64,000 nt of DNA from a virus (taxonomy: Duplodnaviria; Heunggongvirae; Uroviricota; Caudoviricetes), in IMG/VR virus record IMGVR_UViG_2537561978_000005; one strand, written 5' to 3'. The position numbers and the translations under genes were made by a program. The notes beneath the pieces are model-generated. The model was given only the letters and a program-made list of their open reading frames with translations. It was not told where the DNA came from and made no database searches. Below are positions 26,230 through 35,093 of the stretch, in pieces. The stretch's first letter is position 1, and each line of letters begins with the position of its first letter.

Positions 26230-26843
26230 ATCTCCTAAGCAAAGCTGAATTGCTGCAATATTATGAATCAGAAGAACCTGAGTCGTTGTTCATTGAACCT
26301 CTTCTAAATAAAAACCAAATTGGAAACTTCACCATAGACCTTAGACTTGGTTACGATTTTTTAGTGTCTATTATGACAAGGAAGCCGTCAATAGAGTTAA
26401 TTCCCTCAAAAAACAATGATACTCATCAACCAATCAGAACATTTTTCCAGGAAACAAGGAGAGATCTTGGGGATAGGTTCATTGTTTACCCGAATCAAGT
26501 GGTACTGGCAACAACATTAGAATATGTTTGTTTGCCACCAGATTGCTACGCTGATGTATTGTCCAGAAGCAGCTATACAAGGCTTGGTCTTTCATTAAAT
26601 ACCATGATACAACCAGGGTACAGAGGCTGTATATCTTTAGAGTTATTTAATCATGGGAATAGCCCTGTAGAACTTATTGTTGGATCTCGCATATGTCAAA
26701 TTCGTATATTCAAGAATGAAACTGTCGGTGAATACATAAGTCATGAGTCTCACAGGAAATATTTCGGAAATGTGAGGCCAACCGTCTCAGCAGCAGAAAG
26801 TGATAATGAATTAAATATGCTGGAAAAGATCCGACAAAAATGA
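26226..26843 (+). CDS. dCTP deaminase / dUTPase-superfamily protein
   Basis: IDLRLG, SRSSYTRLGL and IQPGYRGCISLELFN match recalled Dcd motifs VDVRLG, GRSSLARLGL, IDPGWSGCIVLEFYN; start coupled (ATGA). Confidence 0.65.
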   Translation: MNLLSKAELLQYYESEEPESLFIEPLLNKNQIGNFTIDLRLGYDFLVSIMTRKPSIELIPSKNNDTHQPIRTFFQETRRDLGDRFIVYPNQVVLATTLEYVCLPPDCYADVLSRSSYTRLGLSLNTMIQPGYRGCISLELFNHGNSPVELIVGSRICQIRIFKNETVGEYISHESHRKYFGNVRPTVSAAESDNELNMLEKIRQK

Positions 26844-26931
26844 AGACTTTAATGCTTTATATTATAAAAACATACAGCGACAACGCAGCCACCAAGATGT
26901 GTTGTCGCCATGTTCAAAGTGCTAACACAGT

Positions 26932-27324
26932 TTAAAAATCACCTGCGCGCTGTTTTTCAAGCACAGATTTAACATTTGGCACTTTCCCTTTAAAAGAATG
27001 GAAAGTGCCACATTTTTCTGTTTTAACTTCGCGCAGAGCTTCGCCATCGGCGTTCTGCCATTGATGGGATAATGTCATATCACCGCGAGAAGGAACATCC
27101 AGCGAGTACAGCGTGTAAGTTCCCCCCATCTCCGCATACTCCTGGAACACATAGCTCATTACGTCAGATTCAGTTTTTCGGTGTACGTTATCAACCTTAT
27201 TCCCATTCAGAAATATGGCATCTGGATAGATTTTTATATCAAACCGACCGCACTTAACTTGTAAATTTCCGGCGCTCGCGATCAAAGGGAAAGACGCCAG
27301 TAAAGCAATTGTCAATCTTTTCAA
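26932..27324 (-). CDS. exported protein (signal peptide), hypothetical
   Basis: 130 aa; MKRLTIALLASFPLIASA signal-like N-terminus. Confidence 0.5.
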   Translation of the reverse strand: MKRLTIALLASFPLIASAGNLQVKCGRFDIKIYPDAIFLNGNKVDNVHRKTESDVMSYVFQEYAEMGGTYTLYSLDVPSRGDMTLSHQWQNADGEALREVKTEKCGTFHSFKGKVPNVKSVLEKQRAGDF

Positions 27325-27344
27325 TTCTGCCTCCGCTGCGTAAC

Positions 27345-27968
27345 TTATTGCCCGTATTTTTTACACCATTGCTCTGCCATTTGTTTGGCTAAAGGCCCGG
27401 CTACTGCACTGTATTCTGCTGTTTTACTTTGCACACATGAAGCAGATGGTTTTTTATTTCGCTGCTCGGTTAGTTTGCGCTCATAAGCCATCATGCTATC
27501 GAACCCGGCAATATCACTTTGGCGAAGCATTCCCTTTTTAACCAAAAATTGCTGCCCCTCGGGCACCAACGCAAGCATAAAAAGTGGTTGCAATAACTCA
27601 CCTAATCCTTGCTGGCGATACACTTCGAATTGCTGCCATCCCTGACTTAATCTGGAAAGAGTATCTTTGGTTGAATAACCTGTTTTTGTTATAGCTTTGT
27701 CCGTCAGATATGCTGTATATGCAAAAACGCAAAAGTCAGTTTTACCAATAAACTGAGTTCCAACAGGCCGTAATGGAATGCCCTCCCTCTTGCAAAAGTC
27801 CATAATGGCCGCTTGTGAATGATCCCCACCAGCATTATTCATAACCTGCTGCCCTGCCCTGAATTGTGCAGGTAACGCAGTTGCATTGGCAGTATTAGCA
27901 GATACGCATCCCAACATAGCCGCGAGCGCGGCCCCTAAAACCCTTAACTTCACTACACCATCCTTCAT
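27345..27968 (-). CDS. exported protein / possible lipoprotein, hypothetical
   Basis: 207 aa; N-terminal signal with AMLGC and ANA cleavage-like motifs. Confidence 0.5.
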   Translation of the reverse strand: MKDGVVKLRVLGAALAAMLGCVSANTANATALPAQFRAGQQVMNNAGGDHSQAAIMDFCKREGIPLRPVGTQFIGKTDFCVFAYTAYLTDKAITKTGYSTKDTLSRLSQGWQQFEVYRQQGLGELLQPLFMLALVPEGQQFLVKKGMLRQSDIAGFDSMMAYERKLTEQRNKKPSASCVQSKTAEYSAVAGPLAKQMAEQWCKKYGQ

Positions 27969-28185
27969 GTAAACAAAATGAAGTTTTATGTTATAAAAAC
28001 AATTAACTACATCAACATGATTTAGGCCAAATTTCGGTCAAAAAATAAAATCCACAAAAAGTGGTTGACACTATTTTGGAAATCACAAACTGCACATAAT
28101 CCATCGCGCTAACGGCTCCCGTTGAAGGTTCTTTTGACGATTAACTTTCAGCCGAAGCGCGGTAGGGAGTCATAACGCCAAAGCA

Positions 28186-28209
28186 GGCCGCCATGTGCGG
28201 CCTTTTTTT
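28186..28209 (+). terminator. intrinsic terminator GGCCGC-CATGT-GCGGCC + T7 without an upstream plus-strand ORF
   Basis: strong canonical terminator; possible 3' end of a small RNA. Confidence 0.6.
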
Positions 28210-28236
28210 GTATCCGTCATCCGTGGAGGAAGGAAA

Positions 28237-28890
28237 ATGGAAAAGATCGCAATATTCAGCCTGACCACCAGCAAGCCTCAAATGCTCACTGCAATACTGA
28301 AAGACGGTGCTCTCATTATTAACGAAGTAAAACCCCTTCCCGCGTCAGCATTGGAGCAAAAGCAAAAAATTCCTCCAGCTATAGCAGCCCTGCGGAAAAG
28401 CAAATTTAAGGTTCTAGTAGACGAAATTACGCCAACGATCTCCGCTGGCACCGGAGCAAGCCAGGTGACTCTCAAGACCCGTCATGCCGATGGTAGAGCA
28501 GCAATCATCGTTGGGATGGAAAGATACAGAGAGTTAAAACTCCAGAAACTATTATCCCTGCCGCAAAATAACAAAGGTGCTTTCGAAATCCCCGACTCTA
28601 TCGTTGATACCGAATACAACGGTAACGGAGAAGAAGTCTACAGGGTGAACTGGCAGGATATCAGGCCGGAGCATATTTTGATGATCCTGTGTTGCTACGC
28701 GACCGTATACCACAACGTTGCCAGTGCAGATTATGTAGAGCAGATGACCGGTACAGTCGAGAAAGAGCAAAAAACAGGCATACTCGCTTCGTTCCTGTCC
28801 ATTATTGGGCATGAAAAAGTTAAAGCAGGCACCTCCCAGCCAAAGTCACTGGCTGGGAAAGAAGTTGATGAAGATACCGTGATACTTTGA
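28237..28890 (+). CDS. hypothetical protein
   Basis: 217 aa from ATG 28237 with GGAGGAAGG RBS. Confidence 0.5.
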   Translation: MEKIAIFSLTTSKPQMLTAILKDGALIINEVKPLPASALEQKQKIPPAIAALRKSKFKVLVDEITPTISAGTGASQVTLKTRHADGRAAIIVGMERYRELKLQKLLSLPQNNKGAFEIPDSIVDTEYNGNGEEVYRVNWQDIRPEHILMILCCYATVYHNVASADYVEQMTGTVEKEQKTGILASFLSIIGHEKVKAGTSQPKSLAGKEVDEDTVIL

Positions 28891-29218
28891 TCACATTAGT
28901 AGCTTTGTTAACTCCCTCAATACCAGGTAGAAGAGTAACAAAAATATTGACGCGAGTATTTGAGTGGTCAATGAAGCGTTCATAAACAGATCAATTAGCA
29001 TTAATAATTCGAATATAACATCCATGTCATTCACTCCGTTTAATTTTTAATCTAATGCCAGCAAATGAAGCTGGCCCCCGCACAAAGATTAATGAAAGTC
29101 ACTTGTCACCAGTGAGGGGATTTATGAACCACATCCCCCTGAACTGGTGGCCTGTCTGTTTCTCACATTTCACACCCTGCATACAGTTTCCCCCAGGTTA
29201 TGACTGAGAGGCTTTGTT

Positions 29219-29548
29219 ATGGGCTATAGCAGACTCGACGACAGGTACATTGAAGACGATATTTTTCGTGCGCTGTTTCACCAGGAAATGATTAAGCGGG
29301 TATCGGAGTATCACTCTGATAATTTCCAGTACACGATAAAGATTGATGAAGTATATCGTTCAGACCTTGCAGCCTACCGGGCGTATGGCAATGCAGATTT
29401 GCGCTGGGTATTCCGGGTGCTGGTGGGCCATGAGTCAGAAATGGAAGAAATGCCCGCCGGGACCACGTTAACTCTTCCTGATGTGGCATGGCTGAGGAAC
29501 AAGATCCGTGATTACGCGAGCGCGGAACCGGAGATAGAAAATGCCTGA
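29219..29548 (+). CDS. hypothetical protein
   Basis: 109-aa ORF; overlaps next gene start. Confidence 0.45.
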   Translation: MGYSRLDDRYIEDDIFRALFHQEMIKRVSEYHSDNFQYTIKIDEVYRSDLAAYRAYGNADLRWVFRVLVGHESEMEEMPAGTTLTLPDVAWLRNKIRDYASAEPEIENA

Positions 29549-30734
29549 TTTCCTGAAAAACCAGGACGGGCGCTATATCACTGACGGCCTGTCCTCTAAG
29601 GACTTCACGCGTTTATTCGACCTTATCAGGAAAGAACAAACCCGTAAGCGCCGACAAGCTCACCGGACGCTGACGCCAGGTAGACTGAGGAACAAATCCG
29701 CCGAAGATATTCTCAAGTTAGGGAAGAAAAAAGGCGGCACGTTCTTCACGCGAGACGACCTGAAAGGTTTCGAAAAGCTACGGAGTAAAACACGCGAAAA
29801 ATATGACAGCAAGACGGCTGGCATCACATACGCCCAGCTGGTGGCATCCAGCCAGGCAATCGATATTAAGCGTGCAAATAACGCCGTGGATGACGGATCT
29901 GGTATCAAAAGAGCTACACCCGTATCTCTTCGCCACAACGTGATTAATATCCGCGTAGAAGCATCGGATATATCCGTCCACCAGCACCATATCGTCCGGA
30001 TACGCTTTGAAGAATGGGATCAGATGGTTGATGACATCGCAGAAGACGATAAATCAGCTCTGAAAATCACTAAATCACTGTGCGCCGGGCGAGTGTCTTT
30101 CGATTGTGACTGTGGTCGTCATCAATACTGGTATCGTTACATCGCTACTGCGGGTAACTTTGCCCTGGCCCCGCCAAAAGAATACGCCTATCCAAAAGTT
30201 CGTAACCCTAAGCTACAAGGCGTCGCCTGTAAACACGTGATCCACTCAATGACGCGGTTACAGTCCGCAAGTTGGCAAATGAGTATTGCTCGTGCACTAC
30301 AAAAGGCTGCAACGCAAATTGCATTTGGTGACGATCGCCGACGTACAACCAAACACTTCTCAAAAGAAGACGAGAAGGAGTTTAATCGCAATCGTAGCAG
30401 TAAAACGAACGTTGAAGCCGCCAAACGCGAATGGAGACTCTATCAGAAGCGCCAGGCAGCTTTAAGTACAAAACTGGCAAAGGACAACGGCAAGATCGAC
30501 AAACTACGTGACCAATTGACCAAGGCCAGAAAGTTGTCAGATGCACAGAAAAAACGGGCGGCAGCAAAAGAAGCGGCCTTGCAACGTGAGAAACAGAAAA
30601 ACAAGGAGCTTCAGCAACGCCTTGCCGATCAGTTCGCACTGAAGAAGCAGGCGTTCATTGATGCGCTTGTCATGGCTGGAACACCACCAGCACAAGCTGA
30701 AAAAATGTTCATGGAGTATGTAAAAAAAGCATAA
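29541..30734 (+). CDS. hypothetical protein with SWIM-like CxC...CxH zinc motif and basic coiled-coil C-terminus
   Basis: 397 aa; FDCDCGRHQYW ... GVACKHV. Confidence 0.5.
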   Translation: MPDFLKNQDGRYITDGLSSKDFTRLFDLIRKEQTRKRRQAHRTLTPGRLRNKSAEDILKLGKKKGGTFFTRDDLKGFEKLRSKTREKYDSKTAGITYAQLVASSQAIDIKRANNAVDDGSGIKRATPVSLRHNVINIRVEASDISVHQHHIVRIRFEEWDQMVDDIAEDDKSALKITKSLCAGRVSFDCDCGRHQYWYRYIATAGNFALAPPKEYAYPKVRNPKLQGVACKHVIHSMTRLQSASWQMSIARALQKAATQIAFGDDRRRTTKHFSKEDEKEFNRNRSSKTNVEAAKREWRLYQKRQAALSTKLAKDNGKIDKLRDQLTKARKLSDAQKKRAAAKEAALQREKQKNKELQQRLADQFALKKQAFIDALVMAGTPPAQAEKMFMEYVKKA

Positions 30735-30767
30735 ACCACACATAGCCTAGCTGCCTAGGCTAGGCTT

Positions 30768-31496
30768 TCATCTTTTTGAAAAATCAATTTCCGTTTTATC
30801 AAATAAATTTGAAATATCAGCAACCAATTTATTAAAATCATGATCGCCATTATAAAGCGAAGTCTTCTTTATTGCCATTACAAAATCATATAACTTTTCT
30901 GGGGAGTCAATACCAACCCCTCTACTTTTAAAAAGCTCAATGATAACTCCAACATCATCATATAATAATTTTATTGCCGCCATAATCTCTTTTTGCTGCC
31001 TAAGCAATCTCTCAAGTTCATTTTTATTTTCATCCATAATTCTTTTGTTGAATTGTGTATCATTAATACTTTTTATTATTTCAGTCTCTTTTATTTGCAA
31101 CGCCTTTCTTTTATTTTGATCCATGTCGGCATCCAAATACCTTATCTCTGTATATATTTTACTTGTTAGCTTTGATACGCAAAGAGTGACAATCGGAGCT
31201 GCAATTGATGCAATAATTCCAAAAATAAATGGCAAGCAAAAATGATAAAACCAAGGAGACAAAACGCCTTCATAAACTAGAGGAATCTTACCTCCAACAA
31301 ATGTTACAGATAAAGTATATAGGATATCATCCTTTGACTTCATCAATATTAGTATATCTTTCCAATTAATAATTAGAAAAGAAATGAATATATATGCAAA
31401 CACTTTATTAAAAAGCTTGTCTTTTATGGCATCTCCAAAAGATACTTTGATTAGATCATTTTCAGTCAATTTTTCTGTTGATGAATCTGTATTCAT
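30768..31496 (-). CDS. AT-rich membrane protein (two predicted TM helices + coiled coil), hypothetical
   Basis: 242 aa; very low GC; hydrophobic segments VFAYIFISFLIINW and FCLPFIFGIIASIAAPIVTLCV. Confidence 0.55.
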   Translation of the reverse strand: MNTDSSTEKLTENDLIKVSFGDAIKDKLFNKVFAYIFISFLIINWKDILILMKSKDDILYTLSVTFVGGKIPLVYEGVLSPWFYHFCLPFIFGIIASIAAPIVTLCVSKLTSKIYTEIRYLDADMDQNKRKALQIKETEIIKSINDTQFNKRIMDENKNELERLLRQQKEIMAAIKLLYDDVGVIIELFKSRGVGIDSPEKLYDFVMAIKKTSLYNGDHDFNKLVADISNLFDKTEIDFSKR

Positions 31497-31500
31497 ATAA

Positions 31501-31623
31501 ACTACCGTGATTTCTAATATCTATTTTATGAAAATTCATTTCCGGTTCGTTATCGAACATCGGTTCGACCGCACGCAGTGCGGCCTCATAATCTTGTTCT
31601 GTACGGATAGATTTAATGTTCAT
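31501..31623 (-). pseudogene. possible N-terminal remnant of a HigA-type antitoxin
   Basis: MNIKSIRTEQDYEAALRAVEPMFDNEPE resembles N-termini of HigA-family antitoxins, then runs out of frame into AT-rich gene; no clear RBS. Confidence 0.25.
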
Positions 31624-31636
31624 TAATTACAAAGGA

Positions 31637-31662
31637 AAGCCCACTTGCTAAGTGGGCTTTTT
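31637..31662 (+). terminator. intrinsic terminator AAGCCCACTT-loop-AAGTGGGCTT + T5
   Basis: 10-bp stem; partial U-run on minus strand too. Confidence 0.55.
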
Positions 31663-31679
31663 GTATGTGTTTTACTATA

Positions 31680-32018
31680 TCAGGCTGCTTTTTTATTCAG
31701 GTTCCGCTGAGAAATAAATTTTTCAGCAGTATTGATACGACTTAACTCTTCCTGAACGCGCATATCATTTTCGACTTCCCACAGGTCTACTGCGGTCTGA
31801 AGATTAATCCAAAAATCTACAGAAGTATCGAATGCTTTTGCCAGGCGATATGCCATATCCATCGTTAGCTTACGATTATTATTAACAAGAGCACTTACGG
31901 TGTTACGATGAACATGAAGTATTTCTGCTAACTCGTTGATCTTCAGCTCTAACGGCTCCAGGTATTCGTACAGCAGGATATCACCTACGGTCGTCGGTTT
32001 TCTGGTTGCCTGTTTCAT
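31680..32018 (-). CDS. higA: HigA-family antitoxin (XRE helix-turn-helix)
   Basis: 112 aa; TVGDILLYEYLEPLELKINELAEILHVHRNTVSALVNNNRKLTMDMAYRLAKAFDTSVDFWINLQ. Confidence 0.8.
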   Translation of the reverse strand: MKQATRKPTTVGDILLYEYLEPLELKINELAEILHVHRNTVSALVNNNRKLTMDMAYRLAKAFDTSVDFWINLQTAVDLWEVENDMRVQEELSRINTAEKFISQRNLNKKAA

Positions 32019-32088
32019 TTTTTGCCCTTACTAGCGTGCGTATTAAGTGGACTCTGGTCAGAACCCGGTCCGTAACCGGGTATCTGTT

Positions 32089-32391
32089 TTAGTATTTGTG
32101 AGGGTCGAGATACAAGTCCTCGGCCTTTCCGTTAACCCACCTAAAAATTAACCTATATTGCTTATTCACCCTTACTGATGAATAGCCATTTAGCTTCCCT
32201 GACAGTTCCTCATACCGATTACCTGGTGGTGATCTTAAATCCTTACAGGTAGTTGCGGCATTGATAATGTCCAACTTCCGTGACAATGTCATATGAATAT
32301 CAGGAGGTATCTTTCTATGTGGTGTTGAAAATTCAAAAAAATCATCAAGCCACGCATCCCTGAAATCCTTTATGTTAATTTTTTTGGTCAT
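32089..32391 (-). CDS. higB: HigB-family toxin (RelE/ParE superfamily)
   Basis: 100 aa; PPGNRYEELSGKLNGYSSVRVNKQYRLIFRW pattern; toxin-first gene order. Confidence 0.8.
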   Translation of the reverse strand: MTKKINIKDFRDAWLDDFFEFSTPHRKIPPDIHMTLSRKLDIINAATTCKDLRSPPGNRYEELSGKLNGYSSVRVNKQYRLIFRWVNGKAEDLYLDPHKY

Positions 32392-32553
32392 TAGTCATTT
32401 GATCCTCCGTGATGATTACCGAATGCCATAACTATAGCGCACCGTTGCACTGTGCGCAAGTGCATTTTATGAATTCCCCCTCCTTCATCCAAAATCACAA
32501 TCTCCAGAAAATCTTCCTTTCGATACCTGACAGATCGACCTTTGAGGATGCTT

Positions 32554-33345
32554 ATGGGCCGTTTTGACGAATGGTTTGCTGACGATGCAAACCTGGCAAG
32601 TAAGGAGTCAGAACATGACAGCACGCAGAGAGAAACGCCAGCGCCGATTGAAGCGAATGCAGGAGGCGCGCCGGAACATGGCAATACCGGTTCGGATTCA
32701 TTCAGCATTCTGGAAGAGCAACCCGCCGCCAAAGCTGATAGCCATGATAATTTTGCTGATAGCAACGGTGGCCTTACTCCGGATGCTGGCGAATCAGATA
32801 TAGCCATACTTCCATCTTCCCTGGCTGGCAGAGAACCGACTCCACAGTTAAAAGCACGCTATAACGGGCATAAAGCCTTTAACGACCAAATCCGCGCAGA
32901 CTGGATGCTGATTATTGAATCCAGCCCAGACGCGTTTCAGGCTCTCTTATATCGACCAGATGTTGGCACATATGGGGTAGTCAGCGACGAAACAGGAGAA
33001 GAGTCATTCACCGAACTGGATAACAACCAACGCGAACTGACTTACCAGGAACCTGAAATCGTTTATGTGCTGGATAACCCTGACGGGCGTGACTCTTTCC
33101 ATGCGATTGACGCAGACGGTGAGCAGGATGGCTTAACCGATGATGTTCTGATTCTGCGTATTGCAGCAAATAACGTCCCCGTCGGCTCAATTCTTGAATG
33201 GAATGAAGAGATGGTAAACGGCGTAGCGCGCCGCTGGTGGTACGTGCACCGTATTTTTAGCTACGGCACACAGCATGTTGGTTCGCTTTACTACTGCATA
33301 CCTGCCAGGAATTTTGATACGACTCAAAACGGAGTGATCGAATGA
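32554..33345 (+). CDS. hypothetical acidic protein (first gene of a plus-strand operon)
   Basis: ORF 32542..33345; ATG at 32554 has GAGG 6 nt upstream; stop overlaps next start. Confidence 0.5.
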   Translation: MGRFDEWFADDANLASKESEHDSTQRETPAPIEANAGGAPEHGNTGSDSFSILEEQPAAKADSHDNFADSNGGLTPDAGESDIAILPSSLAGREPTPQLKARYNGHKAFNDQIRADWMLIIESSPDAFQALLYRPDVGTYGVVSDETGEESFTELDNNQRELTYQEPEIVYVLDNPDGRDSFHAIDADGEQDGLTDDVLILRIAANNVPVGSILEWNEEMVNGVARRWWYVHRIFSYGTQHVGSLYYCIPARNFDTTQNGVIE

Positions 33346-34109
33346 CTTCAAATAAAACCCTCCTGGCGCGAACAGGTGAATGGCAAACCTCACGCACAGG
33401 AAAATTCCAGACCACGGGCTTTGAAAACGTGGATAACGCGTTTGCGACGCTAATCAGCAACATTTTTTCTGATATCTTACTGGTGGCCCCCGCGCCGGAA
33501 GAAAAACGCTTTGCGTCATTCCTGAATCGTCCACCAGCAGAGCGTGTCTATGTGGCCCGTTTCGACAATGCGATCGAGTTTCTTAAAGCAGTTCGTCGCG
33601 CAAATGCCGGGCAAGGGAGAAAACCTGAAAACCAGAACATTAACCGGGATGCTCTCCCCCTGGTCAATATCTCACGCAATATGGATATCAATTATATCAA
33701 CGATGATCAGCAGATTGACCGCAAAAAAGTAGCCAGTTTTTGCGAACCGGATACCGGAATGCCTTTAGCAGAACTGGAATACACCCAGGCCATTCTGACG
33801 TATGACGTTACGTTAATGGCAACTGATAAAGCGACCATGAGTCTGATGTGTAATTCGCTGGGCGCACGGCTTCGCCTGATGACAGGTACACAATTTGAAG
33901 CAACCACTCACCTTGTTCGTGTCCCGGTCCCGCTGATTTGCTCGATACAGGATGCCAAAGAAGTCGGCTTTACGGATGTTTCAGCACCAATTGGAGAAGA
34001 GCGTATTTATGCCACACAAGCGCCGATAAGTGTGATTGCAGACGTGATCACAGCATGGGAGTTGGACGCAAAACGTATTATTACCGAAACCTCGATATCT
34101 ATGGGGTGA
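33342..34109 (+). CDS. hypothetical protein (probable virion/baseplate-associated)
   Basis: 255 aa, coupled in operon with gpV-like spike. Confidence 0.45.
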   Translation: MTSNKTLLARTGEWQTSRTGKFQTTGFENVDNAFATLISNIFSDILLVAPAPEEKRFASFLNRPPAERVYVARFDNAIEFLKAVRRANAGQGRKPENQNINRDALPLVNISRNMDINYINDDQQIDRKKVASFCEPDTGMPLAELEYTQAILTYDVTLMATDKATMSLMCNSLGARLRLMTGTQFEATTHLVRVPVPLICSIQDAKEVGFTDVSAPIGEERIYATQAPISVIADVITAWELDAKRIITETSISMG

Positions 34110-34112
34110 TAA

Positions 34113-35093
34113 GTGGCCCAGGAGTTACAACAATATTTTCTACAGTCAGTGCTCATTAACGATAACAAAGTGCCACGAGACTGGATTTTTACCGCAGTAT
34201 ATGTAGAAAAAACCAGCCTCAAAGCCCCTTTGCTAAAACTGGAAATTCATGACGCTACCGGCACCGTAATTGATGACTGGAAAGCCAAATACGGTGCATC
34301 GCTGGTGGCTGAAATGGGCGATCCAAACGGTAATGCCGGCACTTTTAAAACAGATTTCTTTGTTACGTCTGCAATGCTGGCTGGTGATGTTGTTACCGTT
34401 ATTGCTGTCAGTGAAGACGTGCGCAGGTTTAAGATCCCCTCCCCGCGCACAAATTTACATACCAACAAAACACCAGACGCTATATTCAAGGCATATTCCG
34501 GCAAGCTTAAAATTACCAGCAGCGTGCTAAAACGCGCAGTTACATATCATCTGAATGCCGGTGACAAACCGTCAAAAATGCTTTCGGAGATAGCGCGAGA
34601 CAAAGGTGCATTATGTTGGGTATGCCGGGGGGAATTTAACTTTTACACCCTGGCTGATCTGATGAAGCAAACGCCATCATTTACCTACGAGGGGAATAAC
34701 CCTAAAGCAGAATACACTTTGTCCAAAATGCGCCTACTCCAACAGGAACATGCGACAACAGCAAAGAATCAATATCGTTTTGTTGGGTATTCCATGACCG
34801 ATGGCTACGTCGAATATGGCGATAGCTCACTCCCAGTGCGTTATATATCCGACTCTGATATGGAAACTCTTCGTAATATGCAGCTGTCTCTCGTCCCCAA
34901 AATGGATATAGAAGTCGCAGGCAATCCTGATATAAAACCGGGGATGGTGATAGAGATTATCGTATACCGCTATGACCAGGAAAACCGCATTGATGAATCA
35001 ATGCCCCGTAAGCTGATAGTAAAAAATGTTGCGCACTTTGAAGACCGCGTAGGCTACACAACACGAATGATATTGGGAGTGCCGAACAAATGA
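34113..35093 (+). CDS. hypothetical protein, possible baseplate hub
   Basis: 326 aa; directly upstream of and overlapping gpV-like spike gene; assignment by position only. Confidence 0.35.
   Translation: MAQELQQYFLQSVLINDNKVPRDWIFTAVYVEKTSLKAPLLKLEIHDATGTVIDDWKAKYGASLVAEMGDPNGNAGTFKTDFFVTSAMLAGDVVTVIAVSEDVRRFKIPSPRTNLHTNKTPDAIFKAYSGKLKITSSVLKRAVTYHLNAGDKPSKMLSEIARDKGALCWVCRGEFNFYTLADLMKQTPSFTYEGNNPKAEYTLSKMRLLQQEHATTAKNQYRFVGYSMTDGYVEYGDSSLPVRYISDSDMETLRNMQLSLVPKMDIEVAGNPDIKPGMVIEIIVYRYDQENRIDESMPRKLIVKNVAHFEDRVGYTTRMILGVPNK

Noticed and set aside
32391-32807. Minus-strand 138-aa ORF overlapping the start of the plus-strand operon
   Set aside because: Ala/Ser/Leu-rich low-complexity translation typical of an antisense frame; the plus-strand ORF (32554..33345) is part of a coupled operon.
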